From an uncultured Verrucomicrobiae bacterium (GTDB taxonomy: Bacteria > Verrucomicrobiota > Verrucomicrobiia > Chthoniobacterales > Chthoniobacteraceae): a stretch of DNA of 64,000 bases. Where the stretch lies: assembly GCA_963828525.1 (NCBI GenBank), contig CAWHEP010000001.1:96001-160000 (forward strand). The letters are read 5' to 3'. The notes below the pieces were generated by a model. That model saw nothing but the letters and a program-made list of their open reading frames with translations. It made no database searches and had not been told where the DNA came from. Below are positions 10,868-25,861 of the stretch, piece by piece. The translations under genes were made by a program, and so were the position numbers. Positions within the stretch are counted from its first letter, which is position 1, and each line of letters starts with the position of its first letter.

Positions 10868-11293
10868 ATGGCTAAAGAGATTGTAGCTCAAATCAAACTT
10901 CAGATTCCCGCTGGGGCGGCGAATCCAGCTCCTCCTGTCGGTCCAGCTCTCGGCCAGCAGGGCGTGAACATCATGATGTTCTGCAAGGAATTCAACGCGG
11001 CCACGCAGAAGCAAGCGGGCGACATACTGCCGGTCGTAATCACGGTTTTTAAGGACAAGTCGTTCACGTTCATCACCAAGTCACCGCCGGCGGCAATCCT
11101 TTTGAAAAAGGCGGCGAATATTGCTTCGGGGTCCAAGGAACCAAACAAGACGAAGGTGGCGAAGCTGACCAAGAAGCAGGTCTTGGACATCGTAAAAATC
11201 AAAATGAAGGATCTCAATGCCCGGACTGAGGAAGCCGGCTTCCGCATTATTTCTGGAACCGCGCGCCAGATGGGTATTGAAATAGAGGGATAA
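10868..11293 (+). CDS. rplK: 50S ribosomal protein L11
   Basis: [20 protein letters not shown]. Confidence 0.98.
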   Translation: MAKEIVAQIKLQIPAGAANPAPPVGPALGQQGVNIMMFCKEFNAATQKQAGDILPVVITVFKDKSFTFITKSPPAAILLKKAANIASGSKEPNKTKVAKLTKKQVLDIVKIKMKDLNARTEEAGFRIISGTARQMGIEIEG

Positions 11294-11303
11294 CCGTCCA
11301 TTT

Positions 11304-11332
11304 GCGGGAGAGCCATGGCTCGCTTGAACCGC
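11304..11332 (+). promoter_or_regulatory. Putative L1-binding autoregulatory mRNA site
   Basis: GCGGGAG-(GAGCC/GGCTC hairpin)-ACCGC, matching the GYGGGAG...ACCRC pattern of L1 operators, directly upstream of rplA. Confidence 0.6.
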
Positions 11333-11340
11333 TACAAAAC

Positions 11341-12042
11341 ATGCAAAAACATCGCAGCAAACGTTACCTGGCAGCCGTTGGAAAAATAGACGCCAAGCGC
11401 GCGTATCCTCTTCATGAAGCTTTGGGGCTTCTGAAAACCCTGCCGCCTGCCAAGTTCGACCAGACCGTCACTCTCTCCTTCCGCCTGGGAGTCGATCCGA
11501 AGCAATCCGACCAGATGGTGCGCGGCACCTGCCCGCTTCCGAATGGCAGCGGCAAGACCGTCCGGGTGCTTGTGTTCGCCCAAGGCCAGGCGGCGACGCT
11601 GGCTCGCGAAGCCGGAGCTGAGTTCGTCGGTTATGAGGATATGATCAAGAAGTGCCAGGAGGGCTTCCAGGACTTCGATGTGGCGATCGCCACTCCTTCG
11701 GCAATGGCGGAAGTTCGAAAACTCGGAAAGGTGCTTGGGCCGCGCGGTTTGATGCCGAACCCAAAGACGGGGACGGTAACCGATGATACCGCAAAGGCGA
11801 TCAAGGAAGTCAAAGCGGGTCGTGTCGAATTCAAGTTGGACAAAAACGGGAATGTCGCTGTTGGCTTCGGCAAACTGTCCTTCACCGCGGAGGCTTTGGT
11901 CGAGAATGGCACTGCCGTCATCGAGGCATTGATCAAGTCTCGTCCCCCCGCCGCAAAGGGAGCCTTTGTGGAGAACCTCACGCTTGGAGCGACGATGTTG
12001 CCCGGCATTCGTATTGACACCGCTCAATTCTTGAAAGCGTAA
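11341..12042 (+). CDS. rplA: 50S ribosomal protein L1
   Basis: LGPRGLMPNPKTGTV; ATG at 11341. Confidence 0.97.
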   Translation: MQKHRSKRYLAAVGKIDAKRAYPLHEALGLLKTLPPAKFDQTVTLSFRLGVDPKQSDQMVRGTCPLPNGSGKTVRVLVFAQGQAATLAREAGAEFVGYEDMIKKCQEGFQDFDVAIATPSAMAEVRKLGKVLGPRGLMPNPKTGTVTDDTAKAIKEVKAGRVEFKLDKNGNVAVGFGKLSFTAEALVENGTAVIEALIKSRPPAAKGAFVENLTLGATMLPGIRIDTAQFLKA

Positions 12043-12064
12043 CCGGGAAGCACCTTCAACTCTT

Positions 12065-12592
12065 ATGAGACCGGAAAAGACCAATATCGTCACAGACTTG
12101 CAGGCGCGGCTTGCCAGTTCACCCTTTCTTCTCATCACGGAATACACCGGGATGAAAGTCACCCAGTTCGGTGAGCTTCGTTCACGACTTGCTGGCGCTG
12201 GGGCCGAGTGCAAGGTCATCAAGAACACCTTTTTGCGACGGGCCGCAAAGGAAGCGGGACTGCCTGAGCTCGGCGAGCTGAAGGGACAGATGGCGATCAT
12301 CACTGGCAAGCAGGACGTGGCGGCCGCCGCCAAAGTGCTAAAGACTTTTGTCTCGGAGTTCCAGAAGCCGATTGTGAAAGCGGGCGTATTGGATCACGCG
12401 CTGCTCTCCAGCGAAGATATTAAATCGATAGCCGACCTTCCCTCGAGGGAAGTTCTTCTGGCGACACTTTTGGGCGTTTTGCAATCTCCGGCTGCGAAGC
12501 TGGTTCGGTTGTTGAACGAACCCGCTTCCGCACTGGCGCGGATCCTCAAAATAAAAGCGGACAAGCAGGAAGAAAACGAAACAAAGGTATGA
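12065..12592 (+). CDS. rplJ: 50S ribosomal protein L10
   Basis: KVIKNT, LPSREVL; synteny. Confidence 0.95.
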   Translation: MRPEKTNIVTDLQARLASSPFLLITEYTGMKVTQFGELRSRLAGAGAECKVIKNTFLRRAAKEAGLPELGELKGQMAIITGKQDVAAAAKVLKTFVSEFQKPIVKAGVLDHALLSSEDIKSIADLPSREVLLATLLGVLQSPAAKLVRLLNEPASALARILKIKADKQEENETKV

Positions 12593-12635
12593 ATCAAAGG
12601 ATGGGCCATGCTCATCCGGCAATTCCTAAAAGCAT

Positions 12636-13019
12636 ATGGCAGATACAAGCACACTAGTTGATACATTGAGCGGACTGACCGTTCTGGAAGTCGCGGACCT
12701 GGTTAAGAAACTCGAAGAGAAGTGGGGTGTCAGTGCCGCCGCGCCCATGGCTGCCGCACCGGCCGCAGGCGGTGGCGCCGCGGCTGCAGCGCCCGTAGAG
12801 GAGAAAACCGCGTTCGACGTCATTCTGACCGAAGTCGGTGGAAACAAGATCGCCGTCATTAAGGAAGTCCGCGCGTCGGTCCCAGGGTTGGGCCTGGCAG
12901 ATGCCAAGGCTCTTGTTGAAAGCGCGCCTAAACCGATCAAGGAAGGCGTTCCGAAGGCCGAAGCCGAAGAGATCAAGAAGAAGGTCGAAGCCGCTGGCGC
13001 GAAAGTCGAAATCAAGTAA
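12636..13019 (+). CDS. rplL: 50S ribosomal protein L7/L12
   Basis: Ala-rich hinge, [24 protein letters not shown]. Confidence 0.98.
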   Translation: MADTSTLVDTLSGLTVLEVADLVKKLEEKWGVSAAAPMAAAPAAGGGAAAAAPVEEKTAFDVILTEVGGNKIAVIKEVRASVPGLGLADAKALVESAPKPIKEGVPKAEAEEIKKKVEAAGAKVEIK

Positions 13020-13043
13020 TTTCGACCCCGAATACATCCTCAA

Positions 13044-13079
13044 GCGCGACGGCAGGCAAAATATTTGCTTGCCGCGCGC
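13044..13079 (+). terminator. Strong hairpin (terminator/attenuator) between rplL and rpoB
   Basis: CGGCAGGCAAA-ATA-TTTGCTTGCCG stem extended by GCGCG/CGCGC; weak U-tract. Confidence 0.55.
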
Positions 13080-13206
13080 CTATTCGTGTCTTAATCTCTT
13101 CTCCCCGCTTTTCTGCGGGTTCATTTTCACCCATGCAGGTCTCTCTCTCACTCTGTACAGCCTTCACTGCGCCAGTCGCCAGCACCTTGGCTAATTAGGA
13201 ATCATT

Positions 13207-16200
13207 ATGTCGGAACGCATCTACTTTGGCAAACTAAAAGAGGCGAGCGAACCCCCAAACCTCATCGAGGTTCAGGTAAACTCTTACATCGATTTCCTGC
13301 AGGAAAACACGCCTGCTTCGAAGCGGAAGGAAACCGGCCTTCAGGCTGTTTTCAAGGAAGTATTCCCGATTCAAAGCTACGATGAAAAAATCGTGCTGGA
13401 CTTCGTGAGTTACGAAATCGGAGATCCGAAGTTATCCGCTCTGGAAGCGCAGCGTGAGGGTCAGACATTTAGCGCCCCTCTTCATGTCACTTTTCAGTTG
13501 CGGGAGGAGAAGGGCACGAAGGAAGAAAAGGTGTACATGGGAGAAATCCCCCTGATGACGCCGCAGGGAACTTTCGTCATCAACGGCGCGGAGCGCGTTG
13601 TCGTCAGCCAGTTGCACAGATCTCCCGGCATCTGTTTCGAATCGTCCATCCATTTGAACGGCAAAGTTCTTTACAGTTTCAGGATCATTCCGGACCGCGG
13701 TTCGTGGCTGGAAGTGCAGTTTGATACAAATGATCTTCTCTACGTTTACCTGGATCGCCGCAAGCGTCGCCGCAAGTTCCTGGCAACCACTTTTCTGCGA
13801 GCTCTTGGCTACGGTTCCGATGAGGAAATCATCAAGCTGTTCTACCCGATCGAAGACCTCACCCTCAGCGACAATCTGGAGGAGGACGACATCAGCAGCA
13901 AGGTCCTCATCGGGGATGTGAGGGATGGGGAAATCACGGTCGCCCGCGCTTTCGAGCCGCTGACGAAGGCCACTATCCGCCAGATCCTCAATCTTGGAGT
14001 TAGTTCGGTGAAAGTTGTCGATACGAAGCAGGACGACACGATCATCAAATCGCTCAAGAAGGACCCAGCCCACGACGAAGAGGAAGCTCTGAAGGATATT
14101 TATCGCCGTTTGCGCCCTGGCGATCCTCCAACAGTCGCCAACGCGCGGGGTCTTCTGAAGCGCCTCTTTTTCGATCCCAAGAAGTATGACCTTGGACGCG
14201 TTGGACGCTACAAGATCAACCAAAAGCTCGGCACCGAGACTGATCTGGGCGAGCGGATCATGACGAAGGAAGATTTCATCGCGGCCACTCGATATCTGAC
14301 GAATCTGAGCCGGGGCGAGGGCACGCTCGATGATATCGATCATTTGGGAAGCCGTCGTGTGCGAACAGTCGGTGAACTTCTGGCGAACCAATGCCGGGTG
14401 GGATTGGCCCGCACGGAACGGCTTGTCAAAGAGCGCATGACCTTGTTCGACATCAATATCGAGGGGATGACGCCGCAGAAACTCATCAATCCAAAAGCGC
14501 TCAGCGCCGTGGTGCGGGATTTCTTCGGACGATCCCAGTTAAGCCAGTTTATGGATCAGACGAATCCCCTGGCGGAACTCACCCATAAACGCCGGCTTTC
14601 GGCGCTAGGGCCAGGCGGGCTGAGCCGGGATCGGGCTGGTTTTGAGGTTCGTGACGTGCATCCTTCGCATTACGGACGCATCTGTCCTATCGAGACTCCT
14701 GAAGGGCCGAACATTGGTCTTATCAGCTCGATGAGCACCTTCGCGCGAATCAATGAATTTGGCTTTATCGAGACGCCCTACCGCAAAGTTGTGGAAGGTC
14801 GGGTTTTGGACCAAATCGATTTCCTGACCGGGGATCGCGAGGAAAACTTCCTTGTTGCACAGGCGAACGCGCCTCTGGATGAGAAAGGCAACTTCACTGG
14901 CGAGAAGGTGTCGATCCGCTATCGCGGCGACTTCCTCGAGGTCGAACCCTCGAAGGTCCATTATATGGACGTTTCACCCAAGCAGCTTGTCTCAGTAGCT
15001 GCGGGCCTTATTCCGTTCCTTGAACATGATGACGCGAACCGCGCCCTCATGGGTTCGAACATGCAGCGCCAAGGCGTCCCGTTGATCGTTTCGGAGGCGC
15101 CACTTGTCGGCACCGGGCTCGAGGGCAAGGTGGCGCGGGATTCCCGCGCTGTCGTGGTTTCCGAGTCGACGGGCAAGATTGCTTCGGTTACGGCGGATCA
15201 AATCGTCGTGACGAGCGATGGACACATGCCGGAAGGCCGCAAGAAGCTGAAAACCGACGTTGAGGCCAATGTTCATGTCTATGAGCTGCGCAAGTTTATG
15301 CGCTCCAACGCGGGTACGTGCGTAAACCAGAAGCCGATAGTGAAGAAGGGGCAGGCGGTATCCGCTGGCGACGTTATCGCCGATGGCCCGAACACGGAAC
15401 AGGGCGAGCTCGCCTTGGGACGCAATGTGCTAGTCGCGTTCATGCCTTGGAACGGGTATAACTTTGAGGACGCCATCATGATTTCCGAAAAGGTGGTGAA
15501 GGAGGATATTTATACTTCCATCCACATCGACGAATTCGAGATCGGCGCGCGCGACACGAAGCTCGGCCCAGAGGAAATCACGCGGGATATCCCGAACGTC
15601 AGTGAGGAAGCGCTCGCGGACCTTGGTCCCGACGGCGTTATCCGGATCGGCGCGGAGGTCAAGCCCGGCGATATTCTTGTTGGGAAGATCACCCCGAAAA
15701 GCGAAACGGAACTCGCCCCTGAGGAGCGCTTGCTCCGAGCGATCTTCGGAGAGAAGGCCGCGGATGTGAAGGACACTTCGCTGACGGTCCCTTCGGGCAC
15801 TTATGGCATCGTGATGGATGTGAAAGTCTCCTCACGCAAGGAAATCTCGCGTCAGAAGCTCACCCCGTCTGAATCCAAGCGCCAGGTAAAGAGCATTACC
15901 GACGATTACAATAAAAAGAAGGAAGAGCTTCACGAGCAACTGACAGAGGCGCTTTCCAACGTGTTGTTGGGAGAGAAAATCCCGCTTGATGTTGTCAACG
16001 CGGAGACAGGTGAGATTATCATTCCGGCCAACCGGAAGATCACGAAGACCCTGCTGCGCAAGCTGGCGGGTGTGTATGACCATGTGGACATCGATCCAAG
16101 TCCGATCCGCAACAAAATTCGCGAGATCATCAGCCAGTTCGAGCACAAGTTCGCGGAGCTGGATCTCGAGCATGAACGTTCCCTGGATCGTGTGGAAAGC

Positions 16201-17001
16201 GGCGACGATGTTGATCCGGGCATCATCAAGCAGGTGAAGGTATTCATCGCGAGCAAGCGCAAGCTTAGCGTCGGCGACAAGATGGCGGGGCGGCACGGCA
16301 ACAAGGGCGTTGTCGCGCGTATCGTGCCAGAAGAGGACATGCCATACCTCGCGGATGGGACACCAGTCGAGATCGTGCTGAACCCGCTTGGGGTTCCGAG
16401 CCGTATGAACGTCGGCCAGGTTCTTGAAACCCATTTGGGTGTTGCGGCGAAGGCCCTCGGCTTCCGCGTGGCAACTCCAGTGTTTGATGGAATCGACGAA
16501 GCTCGAATCCATGAGTATCTGCGCGAAGCAAAGAAGGTGGACGGCTTTACATGGGTCAATGAAAACGGCAAGGCGACAGTGCATGATGGGCGCACAGGCG
16601 ACACCTTCGACCAGCAGGTGGTCGTAGGCTATATCTACATGTTGAAACTAGGCCATCTTGTCGCGGACAAGATTCACGCCCGCGCGGTTGGTCCTTACTC
16701 GCTCGTGACTCAGCAGCCGCTGGGTGGCAAGGCGCAGTACGGAGGCCAGCGATTCGGCGAGATGGAGGTCTGGGCGCTGGAAGCTTATGGCGCCGCTTAC
16801 ACCTTGCAGGAGTTGCTCACCGTAAAATCCGATGATGTGCAGGGGAGAACGCGCATCTACGAGTCAATCGTCAAAGGCGATAACTCGTTGGAAGCCGGGA
16901 CGCCTGAATCATTTAACGTGCTCATAAAAGAAATGAAGAGCCTCTGCCTCGACGTGAAAGTCGGCAGCAAAACACCAGCCCTCGAGCAGAGCTTGATTTA
17001 A
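13207..17001 (+). CDS. rpoB: RNA polymerase beta subunit
   Basis: [28 protein letters not shown]; 1264 aa. Confidence 0.99.
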   Translation: MSERIYFGKLKEASEPPNLIEVQVNSYIDFLQENTPASKRKETGLQAVFKEVFPIQSYDEKIVLDFVSYEIGDPKLSALEAQREGQTFSAPLHVTFQLREEKGTKEEKVYMGEIPLMTPQGTFVINGAERVVVSQLHRSPGICFESSIHLNGKVLYSFRIIPDRGSWLEVQFDTNDLLYVYLDRRKRRRKFLATTFLRALGYGSDEEIIKLFYPIEDLTLSDNLEEDDISSKVLIGDVRDGEITVARAFEPLTKATIRQILNLGVSSVKVVDTKQDDTIIKSLKKDPAHDEEEALKDIYRRLRPGDPPTVANARGLLKRLFFDPKKYDLGRVGRYKINQKLGTETDLGERIMTKEDFIAATRYLTNLSRGEGTLDDIDHLGSRRVRTVGELLANQCRVGLARTERLVKERMTLFDINIEGMTPQKLINPKALSAVVRDFFGRSQLSQFMDQTNPLAELTHKRRLSALGPGGLSRDRAGFEVRDVHPSHYGRICPIETPEGPNIGLISSMSTFARINEFGFIETPYRKVVEGRVLDQIDFLTGDREENFLVAQANAPLDEKGNFTGEKVSIRYRGDFLEVEPSKVHYMDVSPKQLVSVAAGLIPFLEHDDANRALMGSNMQRQGVPLIVSEAPLVGTGLEGKVARDSRAVVVSESTGKIASVTADQIVVTSDGHMPEGRKKLKTDVEANVHVYELRKFMRSNAGTCVNQKPIVKKGQAVSAGDVIADGPNTEQGELALGRNVLVAFMPWNGYNFEDAIMISEKVVKEDIYTSIHIDEFEIGARDTKLGPEEITRDIPNVSEEALADLGPDGVIRIGAEVKPGDILVGKITPKSETELAPEERLLRAIFGEKAADVKDTSLTVPSGTYGIVMDVKVSSRKEISRQKLTPSESKRQVKSITDDYNKKKEELHEQLTEALSNVLLGEKIPLDVVNAETGEIIIPANRKITKTLLRKLAGVYDHVDIDPSPIRNKIREIISQFEHKFAELDLEHERSLDRVESGDDVDPGIIKQVKVFIASKRKLSVGDKMAGRHGNKGVVARIVPEEDMPYLADGTPVEIVLNPLGVPSRMNVGQVLETHLGVAAKALGFRVATPVFDGIDEARIHEYLREAKKVDGFTWVNENGKATVHDGRTGDTFDQQVVVGYIYMLKLGHLVADKIHARAVGPYSLVTQQPLGGKAQYGGQRFGEMEVWALEAYGAAYTLQELLTVKSDDVQGRTRIYESIVKGDNSLEAGTPESFNVLIKEMKSLCLDVKVGSKTPALEQSLI

Positions 17002-17044
17002 GCTTTGCCCGTCTTTTTTCCAAATTCAGCGCAGGAGTGACATT

Positions 17045-21161
<4,117 letters not shown>

Positions 21162-21185
21162 CTGCTTCTCGAATTAAGGCCTGTC

Positions 21186-21743
21186 ATGTCCATTGCCACC
21201 AAGACCGGCGACGATGGCACGACAGGCCTGATGTTCGGGCATCGTGTGCGGAAGACGCACGCGCGGATAGAAGCTTGCGGTTCGGTCGATGAGCTGAACG
21301 CAGCCTTGGGCCTCGTTCGCGCCACTGTGGGAGACGAATTCATTAATGAGCCGGTTTTCGCCTTGCAGAAAGAGCTTGTGGTGCTGATGGGCGAGATTGC
21401 TGTGTTGGATGACGATCGCGAGCGGTATTTCGCTAAAGGACACAAGGCTGTCGATTCGGCGATGGTGGATCGGCTGACCGGCCTGATCGACGATCTCGAG
21501 AAAAATCATCGGCTGGTCTTCAAGAAGTGGGCAACTCCTGGCGATAGCCTTGGATCCGCTTCGCTGGATGTGGCCCGGACGGTGTGTCGCAGGGCGGAGC
21601 GGAGTGTGATTGCGCTGGACGAAGAATTTGGAAATGTAAATCCCCAGATTGTTCGCTACTTGAACCGGCTTTCGGACCTATGCTGGCTTTATGCTCGATA
21701 CGTAGAGACGAAGCGAAGCGGACTATCAGAAGCGGACACTTAG
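21186..21743 (+). CDS. ATP:cob(I)alamin adenosyltransferase, PduO type
   Basis: IATKTGDDGTT, GSVDELN, RTVCRRAER, YLNRLSD. Confidence 0.92.
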   Translation: MSIATKTGDDGTTGLMFGHRVRKTHARIEACGSVDELNAALGLVRATVGDEFINEPVFALQKELVVLMGEIAVLDDDRERYFAKGHKAVDSAMVDRLTGLIDDLEKNHRLVFKKWATPGDSLGSASLDVARTVCRRAERSVIALDEEFGNVNPQIVRYLNRLSDLCWLYARYVETKRSGLSEADT

Positions 21744-21768
21744 CGAGTGCCCGTGCGCCCCGACTCTC

Positions 21769-22326
21769 TTAGCGGCGTTTGACGAGCAGCGCCCGCCATT
21801 TCGCGATCATCCGCTGCAGTCCGGGATCAATTGACAACTCCGAAGCTTCGTCAGGCGTAACCCACCGCAATTCGTGGCTCTCCTCGCTCACGGTCTCGAC
21901 TGCCTCCGGTGGAGCGATAAGCACATATCGGATGTCATAGTGCAGATGAGGCGGTTCTCCTCCCTTTGCTGGAATCTCGTGGATATCGAGATCGAAAGGG
22001 CGCGCGGAGGCGACGATGAGGCCCGAAATTCCGGACTCTTCCAGGGTCTCGCGCTGCGCGACGCTGAGAATGTCCTCGCTTCCATCGCAATGACCACCAA
22101 ACTGCAGCCACTTATCTAACTTGCGGTGGTGGTGCAGCAGAGCGCGCTGACCGTCGTGGCTCACGACGAGCGCGCTGCCGGTAAAATGAGCCGGGAAACA
22201 GGAGCGCAGGAAACAGTCGGGAACTGAATCAAGCAGCGCGACCATTCGCTCTCGATCCGGTGCTTCCTCAGCCCTGTTTGAAAGATCAAGCGAGGCCAGG
22301 GATTCCCGCAGTTCTTTCCTATTCAA
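21769..22326 (-). CDS. NUDIX hydrolase
   Basis: HFTGSA, WLQFGGHCD, Nudix box AQRETLEESG, HLHYD; start uncertain (TTG at 22326). Confidence 0.88.
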   Translation of the reverse strand: MNRKELRESLASLDLSNRAEEAPDRERMVALLDSVPDCFLRSCFPAHFTGSALVVSHDGQRALLHHHRKLDKWLQFGGHCDGSEDILSVAQRETLEESGISGLIVASARPFDLDIHEIPAKGGEPPHLHYDIRYVLIAPPEAVETVSEESHELRWVTPDEASELSIDPGLQRMIAKWRALLVKRR

Positions 22327-22409
22327 TGGGAGAACGCTTATTGCGGACGGCACTCTGCGCAATTTCTAGGTCGAGCTGTGGAAACGCCCCTCTGATGAAT
22401 GGCGCAACT

Positions 22410-24449
22410 TCAGCCAAGCTTAACCTTCCTTTCCGACAGCAGACGTTCCACACGCTTCATAAACTCCGAACCTTCCAGGTTCGCCTCTCTGACCACCTTT
22501 TTTAGAATGTCGTTCACGCCGGGATCATTCCACGTCAGCAGAGCGTTCATCGCCAGTTCTCTTGATTCGGTTTCGGCTTGCGAGTCTGACAAGAGGGCTG
22601 CAATTCCCGCTGTCAGGCGCTTGTCAGCGATCGCCTGTTTGCCGTGAGCCAGTCTCAAGGCTGCGTCCGCTGCGGCGCGAACGATTTTATCGTTTCTGGA
22701 GTTAAGATCTTCGACGACGAGGTCCAATACCTCCGGCCTGCCGAGATCTGCGAGGGCAATCAGTGCGGGTATAGCCAGCGGACTCCGAGGGTCGCTGGCG
22801 AAAGCAAGGAACTTGGGAGTCATATCCGCCGCCCCCAAACCCCCAAGAGCTCGAATTGCGGCGGAATTCCATCCAGTGTCATTGCTGGTTTCAAGAATGG
22901 TCTTGAGTTGGAGACGCGCGTCTGGGGCGGCATCCTTTCCCTGGATGGCAGCAAGGGCAGAGATCGCTGCGTCCAACAGCCACGGCTCCGACAGATGCTC
23001 CATGGCATAGGGGTATCCGTCCGTCATGCCATGCTTGCCCAGCGTTTGCGCCATCGCGAGTTTGACGCCGAGATTATTCTCCTCGACCAGGTGGGGTTTG
23101 AGAGCGGCGGCTGCCTCGTCAGTATCGATGGCGCGTAGCGCGGAGATCGATTCCTGGCGACCCTCATCCGATGGCGCGAGCATTGTTTCAAGCGGCGCGA
23201 CGAAGCGGGGATCAGGGTGGTGGTCATCCACGCAGATCTTACGACTTAAACTCGCAAATGTTTCGCGCTCGGACGCGTTCAGAGGTGAATGCCACAGATT
23301 AAGCAGAAGAGGAATTCCGGATTCTGGCGCCAATGAAGCAGCGGCTCTGAGTTCCGGTTCAATGGAAAGGCCAGCCTCCAGCTTCGCGTCGGAGCGGCGT
23401 TGTATGGAATCGGAAAGTTGCGAGCCATTGAGGGCGGCGGCTGTCGTAGCCACCACTTGTTCAGAGGCGGAAGAGGCATCGAGCGGGAGCGAGCGATAAC
23501 GACCCATTTCATGCGCTGCGGCCTCTTCCAGGCGCAGCGCGCCTATCGCTTCCAGGCGGGCATCCTGTTCCTCGATGGACTCTCCCACAATATCCTCCAA
23601 TAAAATGGCGCGGATGTTTTTGTCATCATGACCCGGCCTGCCGAGTTCCGCGATTGCGTGGTATTCCGCGCTTCGGGCCGGGATGTTTGTGCTCTTCAGG
23701 CGGAGTGCCGAGACCAATGTTTCGGCTGCGGTTGAATGAAGCTGGCTGTCCCCTGCATAATCGGCGTGAAGTATATCACCCAGCGTTTTCGCGGCGGCTT
23801 CTCGGACTGCGGGTGATTTAGAAGTGAGGAAGGGCGAGATAACCGGACCGGTTTCGGGGTTCTGCGCGGCAAAAAGAGCGCGCGGACGAATAGCTTGTAG
23901 GAGGGCGACCGCGCCCGAGCCCTCTGCGTGTCGCAGACCAGCGAGAAGCAGATCGACCCGCCGCGCCCGGTCGGTTTCGGCATTAACAGCGAGGAAAACT
24001 TTCGCGCAGTCGAGCAGGGGATCATCCATGCCGCTCAGCGGCGGTATTGACTGCTGTGTGGATTCGAAATTGCCATTGCCATTCGAGTTGCGGTAACCCA
24101 TCTCCGACCGGCCCAGGAAGAGGAGAACGAAAGAGCCCTGCTTGAGCGCTTCGGAGCGAACATCCAAATCGCTGTCGCTCAGCGTCATTTCGGAGCGAGC
24201 GAAGATTCCCTTCAGAATTCCCGCGGGCTTTAGCCGGTATTCGTGGTTCGTGACCCGGAAGCTTTTCCCGGCGAAATTCGATTTCACCTCGCGCGCTTCG
24301 ATGATTTGGGCAGCCATGATCAAGTTTGCGCCCCGAGCGGCTTCTTCCAGCTGGAACCCCCGGAACCATTCCACCCGGGGCGAAGGAGTTTCGGCTCGGA
24401 CGGTAAAAGCAACAAACGCCAGCAGGAGAAGAGTCCGCGAGGTTTTCAT
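22410..24449 (-). CDS. Exported HEAT-repeat protein
   Basis: Signal peptide (MKTSRTLLLLAFVAFTVRA), repeated VREAAAKTLG / AAIRALG / VRAAADAA helices. Confidence 0.7.
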   Translation of the reverse strand: MKTSRTLLLLAFVAFTVRAETPSPRVEWFRGFQLEEAARGANLIMAAQIIEAREVKSNFAGKSFRVTNHEYRLKPAGILKGIFARSEMTLSDSDLDVRSEALKQGSFVLLFLGRSEMGYRNSNGNGNFESTQQSIPPLSGMDDPLLDCAKVFLAVNAETDRARRVDLLLAGLRHAEGSGAVALLQAIRPRALFAAQNPETGPVISPFLTSKSPAVREAAAKTLGDILHADYAGDSQLHSTAAETLVSALRLKSTNIPARSAEYHAIAELGRPGHDDKNIRAILLEDIVGESIEEQDARLEAIGALRLEEAAAHEMGRYRSLPLDASSASEQVVATTAAALNGSQLSDSIQRRSDAKLEAGLSIEPELRAAASLAPESGIPLLLNLWHSPLNASERETFASLSRKICVDDHHPDPRFVAPLETMLAPSDEGRQESISALRAIDTDEAAAALKPHLVEENNLGVKLAMAQTLGKHGMTDGYPYAMEHLSEPWLLDAAISALAAIQGKDAAPDARLQLKTILETSNDTGWNSAAIRALGGLGAADMTPKFLAFASDPRSPLAIPALIALADLGRPEVLDLVVEDLNSRNDKIVRAAADAALRLAHGKQAIADKRLTAGIAALLSDSQAETESRELAMNALLTWNDPGVNDILKKVVREANLEGSEFMKRVERLLSERKVKLG

Positions 24450-24491
24450 ATCGTTAGGGGGGTGAGGGAGGTTCCGAGCGTATCCGGTTGG

Positions 24492-25835
24492 CTAGTTGCC
24501 ACCAAAAGCTTTTTTGAAGAATTCGCCTGCTTCGCGCGCGGCGACCCCTAGCATCGACTGTGGAGAATGCTCCAAGGCTTTCATTATTCGAGGACTGAGA
24601 TCCTGCCTTATACGCCCGGGAGTGCCCTCCAGGTGGACCGTTGTCCAAAGGTAGGAACCCCGTTTCTGAGTGAAAACTTCCTCCGCTTTCGGCAGCCATT
24701 GCAAATATTCCGCCGTGGTTCCGAGGCGGATTGCGCCTTCCACCCGCCTTCCGTCCAGGCTTACGCTTCCTTCAATGCGAAGCTTGCCCGTGTCTTCGAT
24801 CTCTATGTTTTTCAGGACGCCGCGCGGCTGCATCCATTCGACGTCAGCCGAACAGCGTGAGAACCTAAGCGTTCTGGCTGATTCTTTTCCGGTGAGTGTC
24901 GCAATCTGATTTAAAAGGGGAATCCCGGAAACGCGGGCGTCCGAAAACTTGATGGAGCTGGTGCCGATGGAGCCTTCCAACTTCCCATTGCTGGACGAAA
25001 GTGAGGCCCCGCCGGAGGCGAATCCCTCAACGTGTGAGCGGAGGCCCGCAGGAAGCCACCACGCCACCGCGACCTCAACAAAGGACATCCGGACCTTGAA
25101 GCTCTTGTCGTCCTTCAAACCTGCGGTGCCTGAGAGGTGAATGCTTCCTTTCGCGTCGGATCCTGCGGACAGATCAAGATTATGCAGCGTGAAGAGGGTC
25201 TTGGTGACCAGCAAGTGGGTGTTGTCCAGACGGAGCTCCGGGAGCGGGGATATCTTCATAACGCCTCCGGTCCCGTCGTATTCAAAGTCGTGGTAGCTTG
25301 GGGTGATAACCAGCTTGGTTCTGAAAATACCGGCGGTTCCCTTTGTGATTGGCAGGAGGATATTGGCGGGTTCAGCCACAATGCGCGTGAGGTAAACGCT
25401 GTTGGGGAGGAGGAAGGAATACCAGGGCCTCGCGGGCTTCACCTCTTCGGGCTTTGGCTCGTAAGTCTGGAGCGTGACTTCTCCGGGGCCAATGAGGATT
25501 TCATTCAATTCCCACCGTCGCCGGAAAATGCCCAATGCATTGAACCTTGCCGAGATGTTGTGGACGGAAATGGATTTGATCGTTTTTTGTCCGCCGCTGC
25601 CTTCGAAGCCGCCGCTTGTCGCCGATTGCAGGCCTGTTCTGTGAATGGGTTCATATTTGCCGCCGATCAAGTGAAGGCCCGTTGCCGTTTCAGCGCCTAG
25701 GGCTCCGCGAAACTCTTCACCTTCGACATAGCGAGTTAACGTCGCATTGAAGAAAGGACTGAGAGCCGCTCCCATCAAAACCAGGGAAACGCCACTGGCG
25801 AGAAAGACGAGTTGTGGCTTGGATAACTTGGACAT
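24492..25835 (-). CDS. Hypothetical protein, AsmA-like (N-terminal anchor, beta-rich)
   Basis: N-terminal TM followed by Gly/hydrophobic beta-strand pattern; C-terminal YLWTTVHLEGTP...QDLSPR. Confidence 0.55.
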   Translation of the reverse strand: MSKLSKPQLVFLASGVSLVLMGAALSPFFNATLTRYVEGEEFRGALGAETATGLHLIGGKYEPIHRTGLQSATSGGFEGSGGQKTIKSISVHNISARFNALGIFRRRWELNEILIGPGEVTLQTYEPKPEEVKPARPWYSFLLPNSVYLTRIVAEPANILLPITKGTAGIFRTKLVITPSYHDFEYDGTGGVMKISPLPELRLDNTHLLVTKTLFTLHNLDLSAGSDAKGSIHLSGTAGLKDDKSFKVRMSFVEVAVAWWLPAGLRSHVEGFASGGASLSSSNGKLEGSIGTSSIKFSDARVSGIPLLNQIATLTGKESARTLRFSRCSADVEWMQPRGVLKNIEIEDTGKLRIEGSVSLDGRRVEGAIRLGTTAEYLQWLPKAEEVFTQKRGSYLWTTVHLEGTPGRIRQDLSPRIMKALEHSPQSMLGVAAREAGEFFKKAFGGN

Positions 25836-25861
25836 ACAGCGGAGCCGAAGGGCGGGCGCTT

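Noticed and set aside
11332..12333. 333-aa minus-strand ORF and similar long antisense ORFs over tuf, rpoB and rpoC
   Set aside because: High-GC shadow frames of conserved essential genes
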